Below the pieces are notes generated by a model, which did no database searches, was not told the origin of the DNA, and saw only the letters and a list, made by a program, of their open reading frames with translations. A stretch of 64,000 bases of DNA from Nitrospira sp. (GTDB taxonomy: Bacteria > Nitrospirota > Nitrospiria > Nitrospirales > Nitrospiraceae): assembly GCA_047150005.1 (NCBI GenBank), contig AP038806.1:2688001-2752000 (forward strand), in the 5' to 3' direction. The translations under genes and the position numbers were made by a program. Of this stretch, positions 46,578 to 57,136 are shown one piece after another (the stretch's first letter is position 1; each line of letters starts with the position of its first letter).

Positions 46578-46990
46578 TAGCCTACCTCGATTCTTCTGCG
46601 GTGCTTCGGATTCTTCTCGGTCAGGCGAATGCGCTGAAGGAATGGCGATCGATCACCCGGGGTGTAGGCTCGGCGCTTGTCGAAGTCGAGTGCTTACGAA
46701 CGCTGGATCGACTACGGTTGGCTGAGGGGTTGGAGGATGCCGAAATCGCGTCGCGTCGAGAGGCGGTATTTCGGTTTATGGAGTCCATTGAGATTGTCGA
46801 ACTCACGAAGCCCGTCCTCTCGAGAGCCTCCCACCCCTTGCCTACTGCGCTTGGTACGTTGGATGCAATTCACTTGGCAACGGCGCTGCTGTGGAAAGAT
46901 CGCACCAAAGAGGATCTTGTGATGGCCACCCACGACGAGGCATTGGCGACTGCAGCTCGGGCGAGCGGGCTACGGGTGGTCGGCTCATGA
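46574..46990 (+). CDS. vapC: VapC-family PIN-domain toxin
   Basis: MIAYLDSSA, VEVE, LGTLDAIHLATA, ATHD. Confidence 0.88.
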   Translation: MIAYLDSSAVLRILLGQANALKEWRSITRGVGSALVEVECLRTLDRLRLAEGLEDAEIASRREAVFRFMESIEIVELTKPVLSRASHPLPTALGTLDAIHLATALLWKDRTKEDLVMATHDEALATAARASGLRVVGS

Positions 46991-47044
46991 TTCGCGAAGG
47001 TGTGGTAACTGCCGATCGTGGAGGTCATCTGGCGGAAGCGCACA

Positions 47045-47374
47045 CTATCTTCCGTACACTACCTGTACGCGGTTGAGATAATCTTCGAGTCTGTCGGTCT
47101 GTTTCGCGATGACTGTGCGGTCTTCGCGAGTCGCGGCTTGCTCCAGTGCCTCTCCAATCTCGCTGATGGCGTCAAATCCGTACCCGCCGCCGTCGCCCTT
47201 CATGCGATGACCGAGTAACCGTACGGTCTTGAAGTCATTTTCGTCAACGGCGATCCGAAGCGTCCCCACGTCGCGCCGTCTATTTCTCATGAAGATCGGC
47301 ACGATCTCCGCAAGGTCAGCATCGACCGAGACGGTAATGAGGTCGGGGACGGGGCCCTGAGGAGGCTGTGTCAC
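47045..47374 (-). CDS. Hpt (histidine phosphotransfer) domain protein
   Basis: [13 protein letters not shown]...ALEQAA; GTGA overlap with the kinase stop. Confidence 0.85.
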   Translation of the reverse strand: MTQPPQGPVPDLITVSVDADLAEIVPIFMRNRRRDVGTLRIAVDENDFKTVRLLGHRMKGDGGGYGFDAISEIGEALEQAATREDRTVIAKQTDRLEDYLNRVQVVYGR

Positions 47375-49659
47375 GATCGAAGCCCCTTGCACGCCTGAAG
47401 CACCTCAAGGAGAGTTTGCTTCTTGACCGGTTTGGTCATATGGGCGTTACAGCCCGACTGAAGAATTCTCTCGCTCTCCTCTTTCAGGGCCAAGGCCGTC
47501 AACGCGACGATCTGGGTGGGGGGCAAATCATGTTCGGCTTCCCAGGCTCGAATCGTCTTGGTGGCTTCGTATCCGTCCATCACGGGCATCTGCATATCCA
47601 TAAGGATCAAGTCATAGCGGCCGGTCTTGAATTTGTCGACGCCGACTGCGCCGTCGCCCGCGACATCTATGTGATAGGCGGTGTGCTTGAGGTAGGATCG
47701 GATCAGAAACTGGTTGTCGGGGGAGTCCTCGACCAGCAAAATCTGGAGCGGGCGCGACAGCGTGGGCAATGCCGCGACTTGCGGAGGGGCCGACCGGGAG
47801 GCCCCCGGGTTCTTTTTTCGATCGAGGGCAATGCTGATGGTCTGCAACAGATCCGAGCGCCGGATGGGCTTGACCATATAGCCGCCCAGGCCCATGTCGT
47901 ATGTCCGGGCAATGTCATCGGCCCATTGGTGCGAGGCGAGCATGACGATGGTCAGCCTTTCCGCAAGGCTCGCTTGTCGGATCTGTTCGACGACGGCAAA
48001 TCCGTCCATGTCCGGCATGCGGCAGTCGAGCAGCAGCAGTTGATAGGGACGCGATTCTTGAGCGGCCAAGCGCAGTTCATCGATAGCGTCCGTTCCGCTG
48101 CCTGCATCCGTCACGGTAGCATTCCACGAGGCGAGTGTTTCTCTGAGAATCATCCGGTTGGTTGGATGGTCGTCAACGACCAGGGTTCTTACGTTGCAAA
48201 GATCGATCGGGATCGATGGGCAGACCAGGGCGGCCTGGGGTTGAACCCCGAGCTGTACCGAGCAATGAAATGTGCTCCCCTGTCCGACCGTACTCTCGAC
48301 CCAGATGCGGCCGTGCATGAGCTCGGCGAGTTGCTTGGAAATCGTCAGGCCCAAGCCGGTTCCTCCGTACGTGCGACTCGTCGACGCGTTGGCCTGGGTA
48401 AAACTCTCAAAAATGGCCGCGAGCATGTCTTCGGAAATACCGATCCCGGTGTCGGTCACGGAAAACCGAATTGCACCGTGCGTAGCGTTGTCGCCGTCAT
48501 TCGTGACCTCTACCACGATGGATCCGTCGTCGGTGAATTTGATGGCGTTGCTGATGAGATTGATCAGGATCTGGTGAAGCCGATTGGGGTCGCCGATCAG
48601 TGCGCGCGGGACATCCGGGGAGAGGTGACAGGCCAGTTCGAGTCCTTTCTCATTGGCGCGCATCGCCAGAATTTCAATCGCCTTTTCAACCAGATCGTTG
48701 AGATCGAAATCGATCGACTCGAGCTCAATGTGGCCGGCCTCGACCTTCGAAAGGTCGAGAATGTCATTGATAAGCGTCAAGAGATTGCTGCCGGCCCGTC
48801 GGAAGCTGCGAAGGTATTTTCGCTGTTCCGGCGTGAGCTCGGTTTCCCATAGGAGATCGGCCATGCCGATGATGGCGTTCATGGGCGTGCGAATTTCATG
48901 GCTCACGCTGGCTAAGAACTCGCTTTTTGCGCGGCTGGCGACCTCTGCGGCTTCCTTGGCAAGGCGCAGGGCGGTTTCTGCCTGCCGTCGTTCGTCCGCT
49001 TCCAACGCCAACGTGACCATCGTCGCCAGCGAACTGGTGAATTGCTGCTCGTAGACCGTCCATTGGCGCGGACCTCCGACGTGCTCGGTGCAGAGGACGC
49101 CCACGACTTGCCCCTTCTGCCTGATGGGAGCATCCAACATGGCTCCGATATGGAGGGGAGTGAGATAGTCGGTCACGAACTCCTTGGTCCGGGGATCACG
49201 ATGGGCGTCGTGCGCGGCGATCGCCCACTCTTCCGTGAGCAGCGCGCGGAAGTAGGCAGGATAGTCCGACGTCAGGAGCATGGAACCGGCGCTGTGACAC
49301 CGGGTGCTCGCTTGAAACAAATCCATCAGCGTGATCGAGATGCGGCGCTCGTCGATCAGCCAGATGCTCGTCCGTTCAGCCTCGAGAAGTTGCGCGCAGG
49401 ATTCAGTAATCACACAAAACGCCTGGGTGAGATCTCCGCTGTTGAGGCTCTCGCTTTGCGTCAGTTTGCGCAGGGTGTTCTGATAGCGACTTAACAGGAT
49501 CGTCGGATCAGCGGGCGTGGCAGCGGGACGCCGCTTCTTCGCGGAAGCGGAGACCGTGTTGGTCTTAGGCCGTCGAGAGGGGAATGGGAGAGAGGAGCGC
49601 GACCCGCGTCGAGGTGTTTTGCTCCGTTGCCGAGCCGAAGGGCGTGGATGGCGTGCCAT
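47371..49659 (-). CDS. Hybrid sensor histidine kinase (GAF-HisKA-HATPase-REC-REC)
   Basis: GAF (AMLDAPI), [24 protein letters not shown], and two REC domains (LLDCRMP, LMDMQMP). Confidence 0.92.
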   Translation of the reverse strand: MARHPRPSARQRSKTPRRGSRSSLPFPSRRPKTNTVSASAKKRRPAATPADPTILLSRYQNTLRKLTQSESLNSGDLTQAFCVITESCAQLLEAERTSIWLIDERRISITLMDLFQASTRCHSAGSMLLTSDYPAYFRALLTEEWAIAAHDAHRDPRTKEFVTDYLTPLHIGAMLDAPIRQKGQVVGVLCTEHVGGPRQWTVYEQQFTSSLATMVTLALEADERRQAETALRLAKEAAEVASRAKSEFLASVSHEIRTPMNAIIGMADLLWETELTPEQRKYLRSFRRAGSNLLTLINDILDLSKVEAGHIELESIDFDLNDLVEKAIEILAMRANEKGLELACHLSPDVPRALIGDPNRLHQILINLISNAIKFTDDGSIVVEVTNDGDNATHGAIRFSVTDTGIGISEDMLAAIFESFTQANASTSRTYGGTGLGLTISKQLAELMHGRIWVESTVGQGSTFHCSVQLGVQPQAALVCPSIPIDLCNVRTLVVDDHPTNRMILRETLASWNATVTDAGSGTDAIDELRLAAQESRPYQLLLLDCRMPDMDGFAVVEQIRQASLAERLTIVMLASHQWADDIARTYDMGLGGYMVKPIRRSDLLQTISIALDRKKNPGASRSAPPQVAALPTLSRPLQILLVEDSPDNQFLIRSYLKHTAYHIDVAGDGAVGVDKFKTGRYDLILMDMQMPVMDGYEATKTIRAWEAEHDLPPTQIVALTALALKEESERILQSGCNAHMTKPVKKQTLLEVLQACKGLRS

Positions 49660-49702
49660 GTCCGTCCGGAATCATTCCTGAAATGGTCCGGTGATGCCGA
49701 GT

Positions 49703-50707
49703 CTAGTTTTCGTGTGAATGGGGAACGAGGGACAGTATCCCCGCCTGCTTGGCGCGATTGCGGCCTTCCTGCTTGGCCTGATAGAGCGCTTGGTCGGCGG
49801 CCTTGATGAGGTCGGTCTGCGAGGCGCTTCGATTCGGGATGGTGCTGGCGTATCCGACACTGATGGTCATGACGTCTCCCTCGGAATGGGTGATACCGAG
49901 CGATTCGATCCTGCGGCGGAGTGTTTCGGCTACTTGAGCCGCGCCGTCCGTGGACGTCCCGGGAAGGACCACCACAAACTCGTCCCCGCCGTAGCGAGCG
50001 ACCAGGTCGCCCGGCCTGTTGACCGCTCCAGATATCGCATTGGCGACCTGTCGCAGGCATTCGTCGCCGACCGTGTGCCCTTGGGTGTCGTTGTACGATT
50101 TGAACCGGTCGATATCGAGCATGATCAACGACAAGGGGGTGGATTCACGAACGGCTCGCCGCCACTCCTGATCGAGAAAATCATCGAACTGTCGTCGGTT
50201 GGTGATACCGGTGAGGCCGTCGAGACAGGACAGCCGAAGCAGCATCTGATTGGCTTCTTGGAGCTGGCGCATGACTTCCAAAAGCTCCTGCTCATGGGCC
50301 CGGCGCCGTTCAATCTCATGGACCAGACGAAGCACGGACCGCACGCGGGTGAGCAATTCGATCTTGTTGATCGGTTTGGCAATGTAATCCAGGGCGCCCG
50401 CTGCGAAGGCCAATTGCAGGTCGACCGGGTCGGTTTTGACCGTGACCATGATGATCGGGGTATCGCGGTACCGTTCGACGGCTTTGATCTGCCGGCAGGC
50501 TTCGATGCCGTTCATTTCCGGCATGATGATGTCCATGAGGATCAGATCGACGCGGCCGGCGCTCTGCTTGCCCCCTTCCATCCCGAGCAGCCGGAACGCC
50601 GTGGCGGCGGACTCGGCCGAGAGAATATGATCATAACCGGCGGCGGACAGAATTGATTGCAGCAGCGCGCGGTCGTCAGGAGAGTCGTCAATGATGAGAA
50701 TGCTCAT
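49703..50707 (-). CDS. REC-GGDEF diguanylate cyclase
   Basis: LMDIIMP REC; DGLTG, RPGD I-site, intact RYGGDEF. Confidence 0.92.
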   Translation of the reverse strand: MSILIIDDSPDDRALLQSILSAAGYDHILSAESAATAFRLLGMEGGKQSAGRVDLILMDIIMPEMNGIEACRQIKAVERYRDTPIIMVTVKTDPVDLQLAFAAGALDYIAKPINKIELLTRVRSVLRLVHEIERRRAHEQELLEVMRQLQEANQMLLRLSCLDGLTGITNRRQFDDFLDQEWRRAVRESTPLSLIMLDIDRFKSYNDTQGHTVGDECLRQVANAISGAVNRPGDLVARYGGDEFVVVLPGTSTDGAAQVAETLRRRIESLGITHSEGDVMTISVGYASTIPNRSASQTDLIKAADQALYQAKQEGRNRAKQAGILSLVPHSHEN

Positions 50708-50757
50708 GGGATCAACGCCTCAGAGATTGAGGGAAATGGTTGTCAAAATCCTAGCAG

Positions 50758-51396
50758 CTAATCCTGGTAAACACCAGGATAAAGCCGTTTGATACAGGGG
50801 AGGCAGAGCCCGTGACTGAACTCGGCCTCGGAATGTTGGCTGAGATATTCCTCCAGCTGCTGCCAGAAGCCCCCGTCATTCCGGATCTTTTTGCAGGATG
50901 CGCAAATAGGTATCAATCCACGGAGCACCTTGACCTCTCGAAGCGCGCGCTGGAGTTCGTCGTTACTCCGTTGTAACTCCAACTCGTGGGCTTTCCGCCG
51001 ATCGGTTTCCTGCTTGAGCGCCAGCGCCGACGAGACTCGGGCCAGCAGCTCCACGCTTTGCACCGGCTTGTTGATGTAATCGTTGGCGCCTGCGGCGAAG
51101 GCGGCCTGCAGGTTCGACGGATCGTTATTCGCCGTCACCATGATGACGGGAACGTCTCGAAGGTCGGCGCAGCTCTTGATTTGCCTGCAGGCCTCGACCC
51201 CGTCCTGTTCCGGCATCAACACGTCCATGAGGACGAGATCGACCCGCCGGTTCGCGTCGCCGATGTCAGGAGTGAGAAGTTTCCACGCCGATCTCGCCGA
51301 GTCGGCGCACAAAATGTCGGCATGACCGGCTTTGTCGAGAATGGAGGAAAGCAGCGCGCGCTGATCCGGAGAGTCGTCGACGATGAGGATGGTCAT
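50758..51396 (-). CDS. Response regulator (REC) with C-terminal Cys-rich zinc-ribbon-like tail
   Basis: LMDVLMP REC; coiled coil; IPICASCKKIR...FSHGLCLPC. Confidence 0.85.
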   Translation of the reverse strand: MTILIVDDSPDQRALLSSILDKAGHADILCADSARSAWKLLTPDIGDANRRVDLVLMDVLMPEQDGVEACRQIKSCADLRDVPVIMVTANNDPSNLQAAFAAGANDYINKPVQSVELLARVSSALALKQETDRRKAHELELQRSNDELQRALREVKVLRGLIPICASCKKIRNDGGFWQQLEEYLSQHSEAEFSHGLCLPCIKRLYPGVYQD

Positions 51397-51520
51397 GACC
51401 GTCTCGCGTGAACTGCAGGTCGGTCACCGCGAAGGCGCCGTTGCCCGAGAGAAATGCCAGAAAAAGTATAGCAGGGAGCAGCCGGGAGGGAAGAAAAACG
51501 TGAAGTCCTGAAGGCTCGAT

Positions 51521-51967
51521 CTACTGCAGTTTGGTCCGGACGAGATCGCTGACTTGCTTGCCGTCGACAGGCCGGCCGCCCAGACGGCTCATGACGGCCT
51601 TCATGACCGCGCCCATATCCTTCAGCGATGTCGCGCCGGTCTCTTGAATCACGTGCGCGACGACGTCGGCCAGCTCATCCTGAGTCAGGGCTTTGGGGAG
51701 ATACGATTCGATAATGGAAATTTCCAGTCGTTCTTTGGCGGCAAGCTCGCTCCGGTTTCCCTTCTCGTATTGCTCCACCGATTCCTTGCGTTGCTTGATC
51801 ATGGTGGTCATGATCCGGCTCATCTCGGCGTCGTCGAGATCTTTCTTGATTTCGACTTCCTTGTTGAGGACGGCCGCTTTGATCATTCGGATAACATCCA
51901 TGCGGAGCTGGTCGCGCGCTTTCATGGCGTGCTTGAGATCTTCGGAAAGTCGGTCGCGAAGTGACAT
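51521..51967 (-). CDS. GatB/YqeY domain protein
   Basis: DLKHAMKARD, KQRKESVEQY, YLPK, KDMGAVM. Confidence 0.92.
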   Translation of the reverse strand: MSLRDRLSEDLKHAMKARDQLRMDVIRMIKAAVLNKEVEIKKDLDDAEMSRIMTTMIKQRKESVEQYEKGNRSELAAKERLEISIIESYLPKALTQDELADVVAHVIQETGATSLKDMGAVMKAVMSRLGGRPVDGKQVSDLVRTKLQ

Positions 51968-52183
51968 GACGAGTCAGTGTCGTGGATGAAGGTTCCCTCA
52001 GGATAGCGCGACACCCGAGGCCAGTCAATCCGGCTGTAGAACATGATGGACCGCATGGAAAGTGAGGTGAGGTAGTGTTGAGGTTGTGCGGCGGAGTATG
52101 ATACCCGGTAGCCGATTGGCGGGATCTTCGCCGGAGAGAGTGTGACAGGCAGGATCGGCGGAGCCTTATGGAGGGGCACAACT

Positions 52184-52402
52184 ATGGCGAGTCGGACAAT
52201 TGAACAAGAGAGGGGCCGCGCGGTGGGTGTCGTGTTGGTGGTTTCGGTGGTGATACTGGCAGCAGCCGGCTGTTCCAGCGAGCAACCAAAACCGATGCCG
52301 CAGCCGATGCCGGACCAGGTTCGAAGCCACGGCGATCGGACGTTCGATAAGCTCAAGCAAGAGGAACAGGAGCGGGCCGCGCAACCCTCGGCTCCTCGGT
52401 AG
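52184..52402 (+). CDS. Small hypothetical lipoprotein
   Basis: GGAGG RBS; hydrophobic signal ending in AAGC. Confidence 0.7.
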   Translation: MASRTIEQERGRAVGVVLVVSVVILAAAGCSSEQPKPMPQPMPDQVRSHGDRTFDKLKQEEQERAAQPSAPR

Positions 52403-52404
52403 CC

Positions 52405-53862
52405 TCACTTGCCGAGTCGAAAGAGGGGACTTGCGACCCACTGCCGCATCGGTTTCAGCAGCGGCAATTCCAGCAGCAGCCGCGGGAGCGGTGCCTGTTC
52501 GACGGCGCGGGGCTCATGGAATCCTCCCATGAGTCCCGCGGAAATCACCAACCGCAGTACGCCTGATACGAAGAACACGACCGGAAGGTTCGATGCCAGG
52601 GACAGGCTCGCCCATTCGAACTGCGAAGGCAAGGCGGCGATGAGCCAGCTTCCCAGCAGCGCACCGCAACACCACCCGACGGCGTTGACCGTGCTGTACA
52701 CCGCGACGGCTTTTGCGCGATCTTCTCCCTGCACCGCGTCGAACACGTAGTTTTGAAGCCCGAGAGCCAGTCCTGCCCAAATCATGCCGGAAAAGAAGTT
52801 TACGCCCGTCATGAAGAGCACGTTCGTCGTCAGCAGGTAGCACATCGGAAGAACGGGCACGATGAAGCCCGTGATCGACAGGAGCGCCTTATTGCCGAAT
52901 CGATCGGCGAATCGGCCCCACGTCTGCAGGGTCAACAATTGTCCGAGCACGCCGGCCGCGAGCCACCCGCCGTAGTCCAGATAGGAAAGATGGAGATCGC
53001 GGAGCATATAGAGCACGAAATAGGGGCCGGCAATCAATACCGCGAGATGCATCGAGCTTGAAAACAGCAGGAAGCGGCGAAAACTTCGACTGGATTGTCG
53101 CAAGAAGGCACGGAATCCTTCATGACCAGAGCGGGGTTCCGGGTGCGGAAGATCCGGGACCGGCCGTAGCGCAAACGCGGAGAACAGCCGCGCGGTCCCC
53201 GCCGCCAAGAAAATCAGAACGAACCCGATCCATGCCGTGCGGGGCGGCCATAGGCTGAGCAGTCCGCCCGCCGCACACAATGCGCCGAAACTGACGGCGG
53301 CGACGATCGCCGCGCGGCGGGCGAAATAGGCTCCCCGCTCGTGTTGATCGAGGTGGTCCGCGATGAAGCTGGTCCACGTCGGAGCCGTGAAATGGTTGCA
53401 GGCAAAATAGAGGGCGACTCCCAGGATGAGAAGCCAAGGGCCCCAGGCAGGATACGCAAGCGGGAGGAGCAGGATGGGAATCCAGGACACCGCCTGTCCG
53501 AGGGTGCCGATCCGTACCAGGGACTTGCGATCCGGGAAACGGCGCAACAGCTTGACGGAGGCCAACTGTGCTGTAGTGCCGATCAGCTGCGGAAGTGCCG
53601 AGAGGATTCCGAGCTGAAGCGGCCCGGCCTGCAGCAGCAAGGCGAAAGCTGACAGGTAATGTTCGCCGCTGCCTTGCGTGACTGCCTGAGAGGCCCCGTC
53701 GAACAAGCCATAGCGCCGGCAGTGCAGGCGATCATGTTCCGGAGTGTGACGCGTGGACGAATGGGGCGGTGTTGAGGCGAGCCCGTGCAGACCGCTCAAG
53801 GAAAATGTCTCGTGTTTTTCAGGGTTTCGGATAGCATACCATACGGGCCGATCGCGCGCCAT
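52405..53862 (-). CDS. MFS transporter
   Basis: About 12 TM segments; WGRFADRFGNK MFS loop motif. Start uncertain. Confidence 0.85.
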   Translation of the reverse strand: MARDRPVWYAIRNPEKHETFSLSGLHGLASTPPHSSTRHTPEHDRLHCRRYGLFDGASQAVTQGSGEHYLSAFALLLQAGPLQLGILSALPQLIGTTAQLASVKLLRRFPDRKSLVRIGTLGQAVSWIPILLLPLAYPAWGPWLLILGVALYFACNHFTAPTWTSFIADHLDQHERGAYFARRAAIVAAVSFGALCAAGGLLSLWPPRTAWIGFVLIFLAAGTARLFSAFALRPVPDLPHPEPRSGHEGFRAFLRQSSRSFRRFLLFSSSMHLAVLIAGPYFVLYMLRDLHLSYLDYGGWLAAGVLGQLLTLQTWGRFADRFGNKALLSITGFIVPVLPMCYLLTTNVLFMTGVNFFSGMIWAGLALGLQNYVFDAVQGEDRAKAVAVYSTVNAVGWCCGALLGSWLIAALPSQFEWASLSLASNLPVVFFVSGVLRLVISAGLMGGFHEPRAVEQAPLPRLLLELPLLKPMRQWVASPLFRLGK

Positions 53863-53939
53863 GGTCCGAGCCGGCCGGTCGGTCGATCGGGCGAGGTAGG
53901 TTGTTGACCCGCCGACTTCCTCTGGATACGATAAATGCT

Positions 53940-54617
53940 ATGGACGAGAACTTACAGCGACGCCCCGAGCGGGCGGATCCGGCGAATCGATGGCAGCTTG
54001 ACTGGAAGCCGATGGTGTCCTCTCTCTTGCTTGTACTGAGTCTCGTGGGCTCCTGGTCGACCGCTGCGGCCAGGGATCTCGTGGCGCCGAAGGAACAATC
54101 GGACACCGAGGTCGATCCGACGATCCTGCCCTCGTTCGATGATCAGAGAAAAGGCGTCCCACAGTCGATCTTCGTGTGGATCAAGATGGCGAAGGGTTAC
54201 GATGTGGAGTGGGATAGTTTTGGACGCAAGGGATGGTACACGCAGGATCCCCGGTTGAAGCCGATCGAGCCCGGCACCGTCTTCACACCGGACACGCCGG
54301 CTATCTATATCGTATTCGAAGTCGCGCCATTGGAAGATCCCGCTCAATTCAGCGCGCAGTGGTTTCTGGAAGGGTCGGATCGAACGATTCCCGCTTCCCC
54401 GATCGGAAAGGACACCTTGGAAGTGCCGGGGCATGAGCGCTACGGGTTTCTGGAATTGAAGCGTCCGGGAGCCAAGTGGACTACAGGAACGTATCTGACC
54501 AAGCTGTTCATTACTCCCCTCGGCCAACAGCCGTTTCACGCCGTCAACCAAGTCGGGACGATGCGGTTTACAGTCGCTGAGGCCGCATCGTCCGGCCAGA
54601 CAGGTCCCCCGAAGTAG
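53940..54617 (+). CDS. Hypothetical exported protein
   Basis: Signal-like LLLVLSLVGSWSTAAA followed by a beta-rich domain. Start uncertain (53940 or 54012). Confidence 0.68.
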   Translation: MDENLQRRPERADPANRWQLDWKPMVSSLLLVLSLVGSWSTAAARDLVAPKEQSDTEVDPTILPSFDDQRKGVPQSIFVWIKMAKGYDVEWDSFGRKGWYTQDPRLKPIEPGTVFTPDTPAIYIVFEVAPLEDPAQFSAQWFLEGSDRTIPASPIGKDTLEVPGHERYGFLELKRPGAKWTTGTYLTKLFITPLGQQPFHAVNQVGTMRFTVAEAASSGQTGPPK

Positions 54618-54683
54618 CCATCACGCCTATCGGCCGCGAATCATCCATATTCATTCACAAACAAGCAGGAGCGACAATTACAG

Positions 54684-54968
54684 ATGGGAACCCGCGTCAA
54701 GGTGACGGATCCGGAAAAACTCGCTTTGCTGTATGAGCGGTTTCGCGATGTGTGCTTGGTCGAAAAGGAAGTGTGGAAAGAAATCTTCATGCCGCGGGAG
54801 GTATCGCAGGGACCTGTGCGGACGAACATTCAGGACCGCTACGACGTGGAGATCGACGATCCTGCCGTCGAGGACACGCTCGATGCCAATATCCAGCGCG
54901 GGGGCGCCGCCTTAGGCGCGGCGATTCAGGAGTATCGGCAGCACATCGGATTTTACCGCTGCGGCTAG
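54684..54968 (+). CDS. Hypothetical protein
   Basis: AGGAG RBS; 94-aa ORF. Confidence 0.72.
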   Translation: MGTRVKVTDPEKLALLYERFRDVCLVEKEVWKEIFMPREVSQGPVRTNIQDRYDVEIDDPAVEDTLDANIQRGGAALGAAIQEYRQHIGFYRCG

Positions 54969-55001
54969 CGCCGCGGCGTTCGGGACAAGCCAGGCCGGCG
55001 C

Positions 55002-55595
55002 TTATTTCTGCGCCAGTACCCGTTCGATTTCCTTCACCACGTCAGGCGCCAGAGGCTTGGTCCGATGATGAAAGCGCCCGACCACGTTTCCTGATCGGTC
55101 GATCAGGTATTTCTGGAAGTTCCATTCGACCTCACCGGGGAAAGGACTTTGCTCCGTCAGATATTGGTACAGCGGATGCTTGTCCGATCCCTTGACGCTG
55201 ATCTTGCTGAAGAGAGGAAAGCTCACGCTATACTTCGTCAGGCAAAACCCTTTGATCTCGGCATTGGTGCCCGGCTCCTGCTGCCCGAAGTTGTTGGCCG
55301 GAAACGCCAGGACCTCGAATCCCTGCTCGTGGTACTGCTCGTACAAGGTTTCCAGATCCGTGTACTGCGGCGTATTGCCGCAGAGGCTCGCCGTATTCAC
55401 CACCAGAAGCGCCTTGCCTTGGTATTGCTTCAGATTGACCGGCTTGCCGTCGATATCGTCCATTGTAAAGTCATAGAGACTCGCGGTCTTGGATGCCATG
55501 AGCGGCCCTTCCTGCGCGGCGCGCGCGTCGGGGAGGCCGAGCATGAATCCGGAACTCACGACGAGAGTCGAGATCGCAATGAGACGGGAGAGCAT
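55002..55595 (-). CDS. Glutathione peroxidase-family peroxidase (Cys type) with signal peptide
   Basis: VNTASLCGNT, FPANNFGQQEPG, WNFQKYLI. Confidence 0.92.
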   Translation of the reverse strand: MLSRLIAISTLVVSSGFMLGLPDARAAQEGPLMASKTASLYDFTMDDIDGKPVNLKQYQGKALLVVNTASLCGNTPQYTDLETLYEQYHEQGFEVLAFPANNFGQQEPGTNAEIKGFCLTKYSVSFPLFSKISVKGSDKHPLYQYLTEQSPFPGEVEWNFQKYLIDRSGNVVGRFHHRTKPLAPDVVKEIERVLAQK

Positions 55596-55614
55596 GGGAC
55601 CTCCTCCGTGACGG

Positions 55615-56532
55615 TTAGAGTTGTTGGAGCGCGGCGATCCGAGCCTCGATGGGCGGATGCGTTGCCAGCAGTTGCATCACGCCGGACGACGTGCCGGAGA
55701 TCTTCATGGTGGCCAGCGCGTCCTGGTTTGAATACTCGAACTGTGTCCGGTTGACCCATCGGTCGATTCCCTGCAACGCACCGATCATGGACTGTTTGCC
55801 ATAGACCTTGGCCGAAAAGGCGTCCGCTTCGTATTCGCGCCGCCGGGAATGCCAGCTCACCACGATCATGGCCAGGAACGACAGCACGATCTGCAGGAAA
55901 AAGTAGACCACCATGGCGAGAATCGGATTGCCCGCCGAGCCCCCCTCTTCTCGGTCGCCGCTCGGCTGCCCGACCATCGAGGCCAACAGGTTGCTGATGT
56001 AGTAGACGAAGGTATTCATCAGTCCGGCCAGGACCGTTGTCGTGAACATGTCGCCGTTGTACACGTGGCCCATTTCGTGCGCCAGCACGGCCTTGACTTC
56101 ATCCTCCTTCAGGTTTTGGAGCAGTCCCGTGGACACCGCGACCATCGAATTGTTCTTGCTCGGACCGGTCGCGAAGGCGTTGGGATCCGGCGCGTCATAA
56201 ACCCAGACCTCCGGCATGGTGATATGCAGACGTTGTGCGATTTCCCGCACCGAGCCATAGATGACCTGCTCGGCGTGAGAGCGTGGTTCGGTTATCCGCT
56301 GACAGTGCAGCATGGCCCGAGCCATCTGTTTGGAAAATAGCAAACTGATGAAGGCGCCCCCAAAACCGATCACGAGCGACCAGACCAACAGTTGCTGACT
56401 GAAGGCTCCCCGTACGTCGATGCCGAACGCCGGCAACACTACGTTGATCAGGATGCTGGCGGTTACCGACAGCGTCAGATAGATCAGGATGTTTGCAATC
56501 AGAAACAGCGAGATACCTTTCAACCACTTCAT
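55615..56532 (-). CDS. htpX: Membrane zinc metalloprotease HtpX (M48)
   Basis: PNAFATG, AVSTGLL, AHEMGH, SRRREYEAD, THPP. Confidence 0.92.
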   Translation of the reverse strand: MKWLKGISLFLIANILIYLTLSVTASILINVVLPAFGIDVRGAFSQQLLVWSLVIGFGGAFISLLFSKQMARAMLHCQRITEPRSHAEQVIYGSVREIAQRLHITMPEVWVYDAPDPNAFATGPSKNNSMVAVSTGLLQNLKEDEVKAVLAHEMGHVYNGDMFTTTVLAGLMNTFVYYISNLLASMVGQPSGDREEGGSAGNPILAMVVYFFLQIVLSFLAMIVVSWHSRRREYEADAFSAKVYGKQSMIGALQGIDRWVNRTQFEYSNQDALATMKISGTSSGVMQLLATHPPIEARIAALQQL

Positions 56533-56699
56533 CGAGCGTCCTCCTTCGCGCGCCTGGCGCCTGCGGTGTTTCCGCCGCCACAGTTCTGGCGGCACAGCGC
56601 TCACAATTATACAAACCTTCCGGCACTGGTTTCTACAGTAACTCCGGAACGACAAAGGTCAAGTTGACCTGTTCTCCGCCTTCCTGTTAGAACCGTCTC

Positions 56700-57134
56700 A
56701 TGATGCCGTCGCCCCTGCGATACGCCATCCTGGCGGCATTGACCACCGTGATGTCCGGTTGGGCTTTCGCCTCCGCCGCCGATGTGCCACCCCCCGCCGC
56801 GCCTTTTGCGGTCCCTCTTGGAGCCGACGGAGTGCAGCGTGCCACGATCACGCTCGACAGCTATTCCTATGCGCCGACCCATCTGATTGTCGAAGCAGGC
56901 AAGGCGGTCGAATTCACCCTGACCAGCGTGACCACGATCATCCCGCACAATTTCATCATCAAAGATCCTGCCTCAGGCCTTGCCGTCGAGCAGGATGTCG
57001 GCGCCGGCAAGACGGCCGTTGTGAGATTCACGCCGTCCAAGCCCGGGGTCTTTTCCATCTATTGCGACAAGCGGCTCTGGCCGCTACCGAGTCATCGGGA
57101 TAAAGGGATGGAAGGCACGTTGGAAGTGAAATAG
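56700..57134 (+). CDS. Exported cupredoxin-domain protein
   Basis: PHNF...YCDK...SH...GMEGTL, a type-1 copper ligand pattern. Confidence 0.82.
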   Translation: MMPSPLRYAILAALTTVMSGWAFASAADVPPPAAPFAVPLGADGVQRATITLDSYSYAPTHLIVEAGKAVEFTLTSVTTIIPHNFIIKDPASGLAVEQDVGAGKTAVVRFTPSKPGVFSIYCDKRLWPLPSHRDKGMEGTLEVK

Positions 57135-57136
57135 GA

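Noticed and set aside
55370..55395. Selenocysteine in the glutathione peroxidase
   Set aside because: The active-site codon is TGC (Cys), not TGA.
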